Assembly (NCBI RefSeq): GCF_009914755.1
Contig: NC_060947.1
Length of the DNA stretch: 64,000 nt
DNA from: the human T2T-CHM13v2.0 reference genome, Homo sapiens
Reading direction: 5' to 3' (one strand)
The position numbers and the translations under genes are program-made. Below the pieces are notes generated by a model. The model was given only the letters and a program-made list of their open reading frames with translations. It was not told where the DNA came from and made no database searches. Positions 39,757-54,450 of the stretch are shown in pieces (position 1 is the first letter of the stretch; every line of letters starts with the position of its first letter).

Positions 39757-40679
39757 GGAATTACGATTTTGAACTTATACAAGCAAAAAATGTAACTGAG
39801 TTTATTTTCACAAACTGCTTTAATTTGTTAACAACAAGTCACTAAAACCAGAAATCAATCGTTTAAATTACCTTTTAATTTGTTGGAGCTTTCGTAAATG
39901 CTATGCTTTCATTTAAGTCTTTATTTATTCTACATGTTATATACATAGTTAAATTAGTTGATCAGAGTTTAAATATTTTCTCTCCTTCTCCAAGGACCCA
40001 CAAGCTCAGGCTTAAAATAAAGAGTGGAATGAGAAAAGTAAAGGCCCGAAATATTATACCACCAAAGCTGTAGAGGACCTTTATAATAAAATAATGGATG
40101 TCAAAGCTTTCTGACCTTTTTAGGCAAATCTTCCTGTGTCCCTAAAGAAAAAACCCCCTTGCCAACAGCCACCAACAACAGGTAATCATGTGACTCTCAG
40201 CTGTGGTAGACAATTGCTGAAAAAATATGAAAACACCTTGGGCATATTAAGGAGCTAAGCATGAGATGATATATACATATGTGCATGTCTTTCTCATTAG
40301 ACCCCTGGAAATAAAACATATTGCAGGAAGGCTCATGTCCATGTCTCTTGACCATGTAGCTTCCTCTGCTCCCAACTCTGAAGAACATTCTGGCCTTTGT
40401 TCATTCCCAGCTTGAGTATCTCATGCCTAAAAATGTTTTAGCCCCACATCAGTGCTGCATAGAACAGGGACTTGCTCTCAAAACAAGTCTGAAATTGATA
40501 AATGACAGGAGAAGCTCAATGTGATGGCTAGGTACCAGATAGAAGGCCTTCCACTGTTTTGAACACTGATTGTAAGCTCTAGAATAACTGTAGCTGCAGT
40601 CTACTGGGCAAGGGCATGTGTCAGGCAGGGTGTGAAATGCTCTGCATGCATGACCTCATTTCTCCCCCACATTACCCCT

Positions 40680-41550
<871 letters not shown>

Positions 41551-42371
41551 CCCTATAAAATGCATAGTATCTCCCCTGTACAAATGTGGCAGAGCGTTTG
41601 GGACACTTTCTTACAGTGCCTGTAGTTTACAAGGCCAGGATGAAAACTCAAGTCTGCAAAGATCAAATTCCAAACCACCGTCTTAAAGACTGCTGCTCAG
41701 TGCTGTGAGCAGCACTGTATTAGATACTGTGCAAGGGAGAAAAGACACTCAAGAAAAGTCCCCTGCTTTAGGGACCACATCTTACCTTATATTAGGGACA
41801 GGAGTCATATTTCTGTGACTCTGCTATAGACCCAATAGCCAAGTGTGAAATGACCTGCTTTAGGTTTGTATGAGCTCAGAAGAAACCCTCAGTGAGAGCA
41901 AGATCGATGTAGGGTCAATTCATACAGGGATATTTTTATGGAAAATGTGAGCTTTTAGCCAATGTTTTCCTGAAAGAAATAGAAGACTACTGTTGGCAGA
42001 AAAGTGTTGTGCTGGGGATTAACTACTTGTAGGGCTGTTGGAGAAGGGTCCTAGGCACAGGTCCAGGAAAGTGGGAAAGAGTACACACAGTCAGAATAGA
42101 AACAGAGTTGAAGACCCTTCAGGAAGCGTAATAACAAAAAGAGCTCGACTAGTAAGCTGATACATAATTTTCAATCTTATCTAGACTGAGAACTTTGAAT
42201 ACAACCCATAATTACTTAAGAATTGTTGCAGTAAAAAATGGAGAAGTGTGTGAATTCTGGGTAAAATAAAAAAATTCATTAAGGTTGAATTAAATTATTA
42301 CTTCAACAAATAATTACTGGATAACTACTATGATCCCGGTGAAAGGCCAGATGCTAATCAAAAAATAATAG

Positions 42372-42685
<314 letters not shown>

Positions 42686-42843
42686 TCATGACTGAGCAAC
42701 TCACAGGACGAATCCATACAATGGTGCTGGAAGATAGATGGGCCCATCTTATTTCATCCTTATTTTAGAAAAGATGACACTGAGGACCAGCAAGGTTAAT
42801 AACCTGTTCGAGATAACCCAGCAGTTGTACCGAGCTTGTCTGA

Positions 42844-43388
<545 letters not shown>

Positions 43389-44726
43389 TGAATAGATGGA
43401 ATAAGGGAATTAGCAGTATTATTTAAATTTAAGGTGTTGAATAGATGAAATAAGGGAATTAGGAGTATTATTTAAATTGTGGTAAAAACACAGTGCGTGA
43501 CATATATACTCTTAACAAATGTTTAGGCATATAACACAGTATAATGAAGTATATGCCCATTGTTTGACAGTGGATCCTTAGAACTTTCTCATCTTCTATG
43601 ACTACAACTCTATGCCGATTGCAATCCAATTCCCCGTTTTCCCCTCCTCCTAGCCCCTGGCAATCACCATGCTACTTTCTGCTTCTGTGAGTTTCACTAT
43701 TGTAGATATCTCATAAAAGTGGAATCTGAAGCATTTGTCCTTCTGGAAATTGCTTGTTTAACTTAAGCATAATGTTCTCAGGTCCGTCGATGTGGCTGGA
43801 GTAGTTTCTGACAATTCTACACAGTGGGGGGATCTTGAAACTTGTCAAACATGCACCAAACTGGAAAGACTACTATAGCGATCACTACATTTTCATCACA
43901 CAGCTCCAATCACTACAAGACAGCTAATTCCGTTTCGTACATCTCCCTCTCCAAAGCTGCACAAATACAGAAGAAAGTTCCCCTCTCCTTCAAAAGGAAA
44001 TATTGATGATTTTGAATGGCATGAAGCCAATTTCTGTAATGCAGCAAAAGAATACATTTAACTGACTTATTCTAACCAAATTTGAAACAATTTCATTTGT
44101 TAGATCAAATGTTTCCAAAGGAAGATTTCAAGTGTTATTATATTTTTTAAGTGCATTAAAATAACATATAGGCATTAATTGTTCTCATATTCAAATAAAT
44201 ATACAAATGACTTTGCATATACTAACTGAATATTGCACTTGAAAAAAATTCTGTAGATAATTTATCTCTACAGAAAGCCTTGAAACATGTAAACCATAAA
44301 TAATTATGCATACTTGTATATTTAGGAAACACTTCTAGTCAGTGCTAAAGACAAGCATCATTTAATAGTGGACCAAATCAATTAAATGACATTTTGATGT
44401 GTTTGTGAAAATGCCATATTCATGAATCCATGACTCACAATGTATACTTACATGTCTTGTTCAATGGTCTTAATGGTTTTTAGCAGTTTAATTTATTCTG
44501 GGGTACAAACTTATGTTGCTTTTAAGTTTTCATATTTCCTCTCAAATTTTATTTCATGAAAATTGGTTTCATAATTTAGTAAGGATACACAAAAATAAGT
44601 TCATAAAATAGATTTTGTCTTATGTTTTTTCTCCTTAGGAATAACAATGTAAGCTTAAATACTTGTGATTTCTACCATTTGAGACTGATATAGATCCACT
44701 GAGGCCAAATGTAAAATCAGATCATC

Positions 44727-45045
44727 TTTATTGCTAAAAGTTCATTGACAATGTTTGGGAGACTAGGTGACCATTATTAGGGAAAGGACTGAAAGCCCGC
44801 TACATACAACTTTGGATTGGCTACTACTGCTCACATAACTGTTTAGGATTTACATGGGTTTTAGCAGAAAAGGGATCCACCATGAAAACAAACAGTATGC
44901 AACAATTTAAACTAGGAATTTCAGGCCACATCGGTTTCATGGAGCTAATTTTATGGCTGTATGCTATCACCTAGGTTTAGCTTTGTTCTTTGAAGTGTCA
45001 TCAGAATAACTGCGATAGGAGAACACCAGACACCTCTTGCAGATG
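44727..45045 (-). pseudogene. SYCP3/XLR-like terminal exon with stop (45003-45001) and polyA signal
   Basis: taacag|CAT CTG CAA GAG GTG...CAG TTA TTC TGA; AATAAA on minus strand at 44727-44732. Confidence 0.8.
44975..45019 (+). pseudogene. CHPT1-like terminal exon overlapping the SYCP3-like stop codon in antisense
   Basis: cctag|V*LCSLKCHQNNCDR vs recalled CHPT1 C-terminus VQVLSSKSHQNNMD*. Confidence 0.7.
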
Positions 45046-45099
45046 CTGTTACATGAAAAGTGATATTAATCATTTATTGAATATTTAGGTAAATATTAG

Positions 45100-45608
<509 letters not shown>

Positions 45609-46399
45609 TAACTGTGTATAACTACATTTCAAAAGCAAAACACTTTAAAATTCCAATGATGGTTATTATCTATTCCAGATTTAAAAAGCACTCTAAGAGC
45701 TACCCGAAGACCAAAATACTCACTTAAGAAACATAGAAATGTGTGAATTTAGTCAATTATGATTACAGTAGGAGGCACGACAATATCACAATTTGCTCCA
45801 AACAATGGGATATTGAAATGTTCAGGTGAAGATATAGCAAAAAGAATGGAAGTTCCATGTAAATCCATGCGCTAATTTCATTCATAAGCTTCCCAAACAC
45901 CAGGTATTCGACCATTTATTATCCCTGATATTGCATGTAACATGGTTTCCATAGATAGAGGGAATAAAATGCTCAGTAGTATGATCTCGAGTTACGAAAA
46001 ATACAATTTGAATTTTAAATCTTTATTCTTCATTCAACAAACAGTGAAATAATGCCTGCTACAGAAAAGTTAGGATGTCATGTGCTATGGTGGCATTAGA
46101 AGATGAACACATGATCTTTTCCATATTCCAGTGACTTCAGGAAACATGTAAACTGAAGTCATACAAAAATGTTACAATAGACATGGAAGGGCAACTTGCT
46201 GGCACTGTACAGTGGACAATGGAGATCAATGCCTACTTAGTTGGCAAAAGAATTAGATTTCGATAGGTTAGCAAAAGGAGATAAAATTTTTATGGTGGAA
46301 GGGCTTAAATAAAGCCTGGAAATAATGGTGAATTATTTCACAGAAGGCTATCAACCTGGAGGGATGACAGGAAGGAAAGAATGTAGCAAATGAAGTGGT

Positions 46400-46705
46400 T
46401 TTTTTTTTAATATACTTTAAGTTTTTAGGGTACATGTGCACAACCTGCAGGTTTGTTACGTATGTATACATGTGCCATGTTGGTGTGCTGCACCCATTAA
46501 CTCTTCATTTAACATTAGGTATATCTCCTAATGCTATCCCTCCCCCCTCCCCCCACCCCACAACAGGCCCCGGTGTGTGATGTTCCCCTTCCTGTGTCCA
46601 TGTGTTCTCATTGTTCAATTCCCACCTATGAGTGAGAACATGCAGTGTTTGGTTTTTTGAAGCTGGAAACCATCATTCTCAGCAAACTATCGCAAGGACA
46701 AAAGC
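46400..46705 (-). mobile_element. Short L1PA 3' end with small inverted piece
   Basis: gggtacatgtgcacaac...cccacctatgagtgagaacatg, then plus-strand gaagctggaaaccatcattctc. Confidence 0.88.
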
Positions 46706-48071
46706 AAATGAAGTTTTAAAAGGAGGTCATGTCAAGGCAGAGGTGTCTCTGAATATCCATGAATTTAGAATGGAAAGCTCGTGACAGGTTGGGAAGAGGG
46801 AAGGGCGATGTCTTAGGAAGATAAGATTGCAGATCTATGAAGGATGGAAAGAGGAAGAGAGAACTCAGATGAAATTTTAATAGCGTAAGTGAGGAAGGAT
46901 GAGGTCCTGAGCTAGGACAGCAGCAGTGAGAATCTAAACAAAAAACTTAAAATAACGTTGAGGTGGTAAAAATGGCAGGGCCTAGTGATAGATAGCTGGA
47001 TGGGAAGGAAAAGGAAATGCAGAAGACTAAATCATCATGAAGTTCCCACCATAAGTGGTGACATTTAGCACTAACATTGAGAAGATCTTATTTCCCAAAC
47101 ATGTGTAACAATTGGTACATGGTTCTCAGAGACCATTAAACAACACATCCTCTACTTAGAAACACTTGAATAACAACTGAGTGTACATATTACATATATG
47201 TATACACACATGTAGTATATGTATCATAGTAAACAATGTAAAGAATGACTATCCTGAAACTCGTTTTCCTGAAACAATCCCCTCAGTTTAGAAGAGTGAA
47301 TTTTTAACAAGAATTTGAACAAGATTGTTTTAAAAACACTCCAAATTTATAAAATGAATAGGAATGTACACCATTCCATAGAAACCTAAATAGATATATA
47401 CCTGCATGGTTAAGAGGTCAATATCACTGAGGACAACTTGCAAAAGTACAAATGTGACGGGAGACAATTCTCAGTCACAAACTGTTAATTCTTTCCTGGC
47501 TTTTTCATTCTGAACGCATCTGGGCCCTGTCTTGTGATAGTAACTTGGCAGAGAAATCAATTTGTAGTCACTTCAATAATAGTGCAAGCAAATATGTCAT
47601 GAAATAATCAGGAAATAAATTTGAAATAAAAAATACCCATTTGTTACAATTGGGTGCCTTCTCTTTGAGAAACACTGGCACTAGAAAGACTATTAAACCA
47701 CATCTAGAAATGATGTAGAAACTTCTTGCTTTCATCTATTGCTGCACCAGTAAAAACTGTCGAGCAAAAGAGTCATGGTGTTTAGTCATGTAAATAAAGT
47801 GTGAATAGCCAACACGGTATGTATATTTCTGGGTGAAATTGCCAAGTTACCGTTTCCTGTTTTGGATTACACCAAAAACAATTAATGAATTCTAAAAGTA
47901 AAAATACATTTAGTTCTTACTTTAAAACAATGACATTAACATGGAAAATGCTTAAGAATTTTATAATCAAAGTATTTTTAACACTATTTTGGAAAGGAAA
48001 ACAGTTTTTTAAATTTTCAATATACATGTAAAGTCTTACGAGAATATGTTGTGTAACCAAATACCACTGAC

Positions 48072-48173
48072 CTGTAAGAATTCCTCACATAATGCATTAA
48101 ATGCTTTTGTTCTCTGGCCCTCAACAATTTCAGATTCTTGAAAAAGTCTTTTGTTGCTGTTGAGAAATATGCT
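48072..48173 (-). pseudogene. SYCP3/XLR-like 102-nt exon
   Basis: tttgtag|AGC...TTA CAG|gtcagt; QESEIVEGQRTKAFNALCEEFLQ vs SYCP3 [23 protein letters not shown]. Confidence 0.85.
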
Positions 48174-48599
48174 CTACAAATATACAAAGAAAACTCGATA
48201 ACAATTCGAGTAAAATTTAAAATTTATCAAAAAAACAATTCTTTGTTAAAGCTAACAATTTTGAAATTATCATTTGAAAATATTTTTTCTTATTAACAAA
48301 TACTATGACCAAGTTTATGAAATTTGTGTCCAACAATAATATACAAAAACTATATAATAATCCTATCATGCATTTTTTATGGAAATGTTCCTTTTTAATA
48401 ATATTCTACAAATATGTTTTAGTCCTTGATGCTTTCAAAGCCCACACACGTAATCCTTCCAATAAAACTGGTCTTTCTGTTCCACCACCAATGATCTTGA
48501 CATTTCCTGCAAATTAAACACTCACATAGCCACATCCTAGATTTTGACATTCCTGAGAATCTACAATATCTACATAACATTAATAAAAGCAAAGTTGTA

Positions 48600-50170
48600 C
48601 TATAGGAACCATATGTCAGATCCTGTTCTGAACCATTTTAAATACCTTATTATAGAAAAATTCATTTAACACTCAAAACAACTCTGTGAGGTAGGTACTC
48701 ACATTATGCCCACAATATTAATGGAGCAAGCTGGGACACAGAAAGAATTTGCTCATGGTTTCCCAGGCAGCAATGGTCGAACCAGACTTAGATTCTAAAC
48801 AGTGGGGGTTGAGTCCGGGCTTTTGACCACTACACTATGCTATTTCCCCATGTATCCAACATGCAACAACTAATGCCCTCACACTGTAGGTCACTCTAAG
48901 CACTACAGCTCAGGAGTCTATCAGGAACTGAAGCCCATTGAATAGAGCACCTTTCACTGTCCAACACTGGAGTGCCCAACACTCCCTTTCTTCGTTCCCA
49001 GATTAAGTTCCATGGTCACTCACCATAACTCCATCCTTGTGTATGTGCCCTGCCAGCTTCTCCCTCTGTCACAGTGCTCAGCCAAATGCCAACCCAGAAA
49101 AATCCAACTCTCCAGCTGCCCTAACACAACCATGCCAACAGATCTCAAAGTCGTGTTTATGATGACACTAATCTAATTTGCACTCCCAATGCTGCTTGAC
49201 AATTATATTCCCCTAGTCCACTCACTGGCCCAGTCTCAGGAAAAAAAGTATAGTCCTTCTTCTCTGCCCTCCTGCCCCATCTCTACTTGTCACTGATGAT
49301 CTTTTATCTCACTACAGAGACAGAAGCAACCCACAGGGCACATTCAGCGTCCGAGCATCACATCTTCACCCACCTTTGTCCATCAGTGCTTACGCACTCG
49401 ACCTTCTCTCCTGTTTAAATGCATGAACTACTACTCCTTCCTGAAGTCAACTTGCTCCCCTGTCCACTAGAGCCCACTGCTTCTCAAGAACATCGTTCAG
49501 CACTTTCCCCTCCTCTTTCCAACATTTCCAAGGTTTCCCTCTATATTGTTCCTATCAGCATACAACATGCCGGTCCTTCTGTAATCACTAAGAAAACCAC
49601 AAAAACCTCTAGCTACTCCTTTTTGCCTCAGGTTACTACCCCAGTTCTTTCTTCCCAGTTGTCTCTTGTCTTTTCCAATCAGTCCTTTGCACCCACCATT
49701 CCACCAAACCACTCTTACTAAGGATATCAAAGGGCCTCCATATACCAAGTCCCCCTCCTTCAGCCTATCAGCAGCATGTGATGAGGTGGTCCTCTCTCCT
49801 TCTAAAAGGTCTTCTTTACTGTGTTTCAGCTGGTTTTCTTTTACTTATTTGTTCACTCATTCTTCGGCTTCATTACTGATGCCCCAATTCTGCGGTAGCT
49901 CAAAGTATTGAAGGAACGCGGAATCAGTCTTTAGACTTCCCTTTTTTGTTTACAGTCATTCCCTAGGTGATCTCTCCTAGTCTCCTTGATTAAACGCAAT
50001 CTGTGTGATATTAATTCCCGCTCTGGTGTCCTCAGCTCCTACCACTCTCCTGAACATGAGGCTCATATATCCAGGGTATATTGCTTATCCCCACTTGACA
50101 TCCGCCCTCAGGTGCTTCATATGCACCTCAACTTTAACATTTCCAAAACTGAGCTGATCAACCAACACTC
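48600..50170. mobile_element. MIR (~48600-48840) and L2 (~48900-50170) in an intron
   Basis: caactctgtgaggtaggtact MIR motif; pyrimidine-rich L2 ending caactttaacatttccaaaactgagct. Confidence 0.65.
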
Positions 50171-50979
50171 ATAATTTCTTTATATGAACAATCCCTTTGC
50201 TTTTGGATAAGAAATGTGTGACCATGGTACAGTCAAGGCATGGGTGAAAAAAGAAGGCTAGTAAATGTAAGACGGAAGCTATCTTAACATGCCTTAGCTA
50301 ATATAAATTAAGGAAGATTTATTGTATTATAAATTTTCCAGAAAAAAAATGCATTTTTCTCTGCAAGTGTTTTAGTTTTTATTTTCTCTTTTTGAGTAGT
50401 ATATAAGTTGAGATATCACAAATAGACTTAATTTGGATATTACACTCCTTTATCATCTATGATTTCCAAACAGGAATATTTCATTTTCCTCACTTTCTGA
50501 CAATAAGAATTCTGTACAAAAAAAAATATACTGAACCCAGTTCAGTGAAGCTTACAAATTATTTACAATATAACATTAATCTTTGTCTGTGTAATTGAAT
50601 ACAAATAACTATTACAAGACTAAATGTTTAAGACTTTTAACTTTAATTCAGCAAGCACATTCATGGAATGAATACAAATTTTCATGATAAGCAAAATCGA
50701 CTGTAATTTGAAAGAGAAAACAGGTCATGTTTAGTGAACTCGAGGATACACATCTCATTTCATTATGATGTGGCATCATAGCACTTAGATTATTTAAATT
50801 AAGTATTAATTAATTCTTAATTAAGGAATTATTTCTTTAGAGAAAAATCCAGCTAAATATATTTTTTCATTGGACTTCCAGCACATGGACGATCATAGCA
50901 TTTTTCCAAAGTAGTTTGTATCCACGAATGCTAAGAAATGAAACAAAGCATCTGGCTCCAACATAACCAACAATCTTAC

Positions 50980-51097
50980 CATTGTTCTTCCCGGGTATGC
51001 CAAGCAAGTTCAATTTCCTGCTGAATGATTTTCGTGGAAGCATTGATATTCATTTTGAAATGTTTTATCGATGCTTTAGGAACATTTTTAAAGTGCC
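50980..51097 (-). pseudogene. SYCP3/XLR-like 118-nt exon (start of Cor1 domain)
   Basis: ttttccatatag|GG CAC...CAA TG|gtaaga. Together with the previous exon it aligns ungapped to recalled SYCP3, 17/51 identities by hand count. Confidence 0.88.
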
Positions 51098-52630
51098 CTA
51101 TATGGAAAACACTCATTAAAATTTTGTTTAAAATTATTTTGCTCCCACATATTCACGTCCATAAAGGTAATGTTGGTTCAGCAGTATTAAAAAGACACCT
51201 AGCATGAACAAATTGGCATCATTTCAAAACAAAAGATTATTTGCCTCATTTTCGTCTGTGAAAACTTACAGTGACAGATACCTCAATATGGAAAACATTG
51301 TTTCGAAGATGTAATAAGGAGTTAAAGAGAAAAGCTGTCTGTTTTCTAAAACTTGTAAAAAGGGTCTCAAGGAGAGCCTATAATTTTTTATGAGAAAACT
51401 TTTCTGAAAAATAATTCTTAATAAATTAATAAAATGTACTCTAACTCAAGGATATGTTTAGACCGACCATGGTTAGAACACATTATATTAACCAACTACA
51501 ATTATTCCATTTTCAAAGGAATAAAAATAAATAAATGATAAACTAAGAATAGTATTTTTAAAATTTAGCCCGGGAAGCTTTTAAATCAATTTGACTAAGA
51601 AAAATGACCACAGATAGTTTAAGGAAATTAATATTTATTCAAGAACACTTCCTGGATACTTTCATGCAGGTTTTCATATATCATTTCTCCCCAAATTGCT
51701 GCAGATTGTAAGTTTGCAAAATTGTAAAATTTACAATCTGTAACACTGTACATTTTTTAAGTATTTCAAACAATTCCTTGCTAACCATATGATTGATTCT
51801 ATGTTATGGACCTACCGTCAGTGGTTATTTTCCAGTGTTCAGGAGGGAGCTGTATTACTATAAAAATATTTTATAAATGCAGTTTACCGTCTATAACAAC
51901 CAATTAATAAGACAGCTCGCACATCAAGCACATTTTCACCACAAAATACAACAAAGCTTTCAACATGTATCTGCTCACATATATGATCCAAATAGAGGAG
52001 ATAAAACTTGAGAATGACACGGTTAAGAGTTTGTCCTTTTACATAGTTAATTTAACTGATAGCTGAGGTATCCATTTAAAACTTAGATGCTTGATAGCTG
52101 AGGTATCCATTTAAAACTTAGATGTTTTTGGTTGTGATCACACGTCTCTCACATGCCAGCAAAGTTGTCTGAGTTCTCCACTACAGAGGTTATTAATGTA
52201 AACATAACAATAAGAGGCTATTTTAGAGGCCTCAGTTTGCACTGCCCACCCCAAGAAAGAAATGGGAAAGTCTTATAAAATAACTAGAATAAGAAAACAG
52301 CAATGGATATGAAAAACAGATATATCACTTACTATCTGACACAATGTGGAATATATATTATTTGTAAATTATTTTCTCATATTCCACAGTGAATAAAGTA
52401 AAAGCATTACTCTGCCTAACCACTGTGTGTACCATCCACTTCACTCAACAGCTTAAAAGGGTAAGGAAGGAAATCGATGGAGCTGAATCACACTCAATCC
52501 TTATGTGGCATCCTGGATAGGAGAACAAAGCATTAAATAACACTAATGCAGCCCCCTCATTAGCATTTCTTGCTATAAAAGATATATGGCTGACAACAAT
52601 GTTCTTGAATTACAAGTATCTCCCAGACAC

Positions 52631-52665
52631 CTACAAAGCTTTCCCACATATTTTGAAATTCATTC
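52631..52665 (-). pseudogene. SYCP3/XLR-like 35-nt exon (NEFQNMWESFV)
   Basis: tttcttccag|G AAT GAA TTT CAA AAT ATG...GTA G|gtgtct; phases 2 and 1 join both neighbouring exons in frame. Confidence 0.82.
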
Positions 52666-52833
52666 CTGGAAGAAATTACTTTTTTTTTTTTCACTAGGTG
52701 TGAATAAGATACCACGCTTGTGTTGTAGGGCATGCCTGATGCCCAGTGTTTTAAACACAAAATGTGCCACGAGTCAAAGTTGATTTTTCTGAACTTACTT
52801 TACTAGGAGGCACAATTACATTAAACACATTAC

Positions 52834-52903
52834 CACATGTCTTCCTCATCTGTTTCTGCAAAATGACTACTTTCGGGATGGCTGTGCATTCCTGAATTCC
52901 GTG
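52834..52903 (-). pseudogene. SYCP3/XLR-like exon (…HFAETDEEDMW)
   Basis: ttttcagtgcag| acceptor, TG|gtaatg donor; EEDM resembles SYCP3 VEDM. Confidence 0.7.
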
Positions 52904-53060
52904 CTGCACTGAAAATTTGAAAAGGCAAACGTTTTTAGAGGAAGGATGCTATTGTGGACATTTTTTCACATGGAAATGTACTATTTGTGGGTTTGTATGG
53001 CTGTTTGCCAATTAAAGCTTTAAAGCAGACCTATATACATGGAGTCCCTTGAGCCCTGAC

Positions 53061-53222
53061 CATTTTACAGAGACATTTTTGCAAGCCCTCCAGGACTGAA
53101 GTCATAGATAACCATGCACTGCGGATCAGACTCCTTGGACGTCACGGACTGCACACATCCAGAAGAGCAGCTCTAAGGGCATCTGTAACTCTGCCGTGGG
53201 GCAGGAGCTTCCCATGGGAAAC
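53061..53222 (-). pseudogene. Possible first coding exon of the SYCP3/XLR-like gene
   Basis: Frame ...DPQCMVIYDF... resembles SYCP3 DQFTRAYDF. It ends in phase 1 at G|gtcagg and has an in-frame TAA at 53067-53065. The acceptor is weak. Confidence 0.4.
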
Positions 53223-54322
53223 CTAAAGCCCTTGAAACTGCTTTAGAAACCTAGGGCTTCTTAGCATATGCAAGGTGGGCACCAAAGTAACGAGGGTGCC
53301 ACGGGCTGCCCATGTGCTCCCCACGACCCGGTGCAAGGAGATAAGACAGACCGTCCCCTTGGGCGGGCACCTGTTTCCTTGACCCTTCATTCCAGTTTTA
53401 CGTCCATGCCCCGTTTCCTGGGCTACCATAAACTGAGTTTACAGCAGGGCCTTGTCAGCCTCCCTGACGCACTGCCCGTCCATACACACCATGGCTGGCC
53501 GTCCTGGGAGGCTAGAGACGACTCCTGAACCTTGTGAGTGCAAAGACACACTAAGGAACCCAGGTGTGTTAAATGAGAGCCAACGGGGAGGTCCCCAGGT
53601 TGAAGAAGAGTGGGGCTGGCATGCTCCGTGTCTACTGCTGAAGTAGCAAAGGACAAGGGAGAAGAGGCCAGCGTCCCCACCTGTCCCGTTGTGTCCCATC
53701 CAGCCCTTCCCTGGGGCTGCCTGCAGAGCTCACACCTGCTCCGCACACCTGAACTCCAGGTCCTCTGCTGAATTCTTGCCGTGCCCTTGGGACAGAGATT
53801 GCCCCTGCCCCGGGTCCCCAAGTGACCCCGTGTTGGTCGGGAGAGCTGTAGGGTGACACAGGACCTCCCCAGCCATCTGCATGGGAATGAACCTCTGTGT
53901 ACCCGTCCTCGACAGTCAGGTGCTGGCATCTGCCCTCTCACCTGCCTGGACGCCCAGCAGACCCCCGGTGACCAAGGGTCCCATCCAGATGGGTGGCCGA
54001 GCAAGAGGGACACACGCGGACTCTCCCCCAGCCTCCAGCACATGCACAGAACCCAGTGATGCTCCCGGGCACTGGGGACCACCTGGACCCCTCGATCTCC
54101 CTTCCCTGGCCCACGCCAGCCTGCCCCTAGGGGACTCTCCCTGACCCAGGCCCCAGGTGACGCTGGGGAGATTTCCTCACAGGTCAGCCTGAGCTGCCCC
54201 AAGATCCACACTCTCGTCCTCTGAGGACCTCGGACTACACGGTCCCAGTCTCCCCTCCGGCCAGGTCCTCTCCTGAGGTACCCTCGACCTCTCCTCCTCA
54301 CAGGACCTCCAGGACCTGGCAC

Positions 54323-54450
54323 CTTGATGCTCCTCTGAGGGCCTGGGTCCTTGGTCCTCGCGAGAGCAGCTGGCCTGACTGTGGGTGCCCTTTCCTGATT
54401 GGCTGGCTCAGTGCATGTGGGAGGTGGGGCTATGTGGAGCCACGCCCCCC
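54323..54450 (-). promoter_or_regulatory. GC-rich promoter and putative non-coding exon 1 of the SYCP3/XLR-like gene
   Basis: GC box GGGGGCGTGG (54440-54449), CCAAT (54398-54402), TCTCGCGAGG (54356-54365) and donor CAAG|gtgcca at 54323. These lie at the correct end of the gene, in a GC-rich island next to AT-rich DNA. Confidence 0.5.

Noticed and set aside
39790-39805. AATGTAACTGAGTTT as the start of the next CHPT1 exon (DVTEI)
   Set aside because: Similarity does not extend and there is no acceptor.
44639-44648. 10-nt plus-strand micro-exon-like signal (ccttag|GAATAACAAT|gtaagc)
   Set aside because: No homology or frame support; such motifs occur by chance.
48427-48506. Minus-strand tttgcag acceptor as the missing Cor1 exon
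   Set aside because: No frame resembles SYCP3 and there is no phase-0 donor.
53423-54322. 299-aa minus-strand ORF (MPGPGGPVRRRGRG...)
   Set aside because: It starts at a GTG that is a probable splice donor, lies in GC-rich promoter/intron DNA where stops are rare, and has no recognisable domain.
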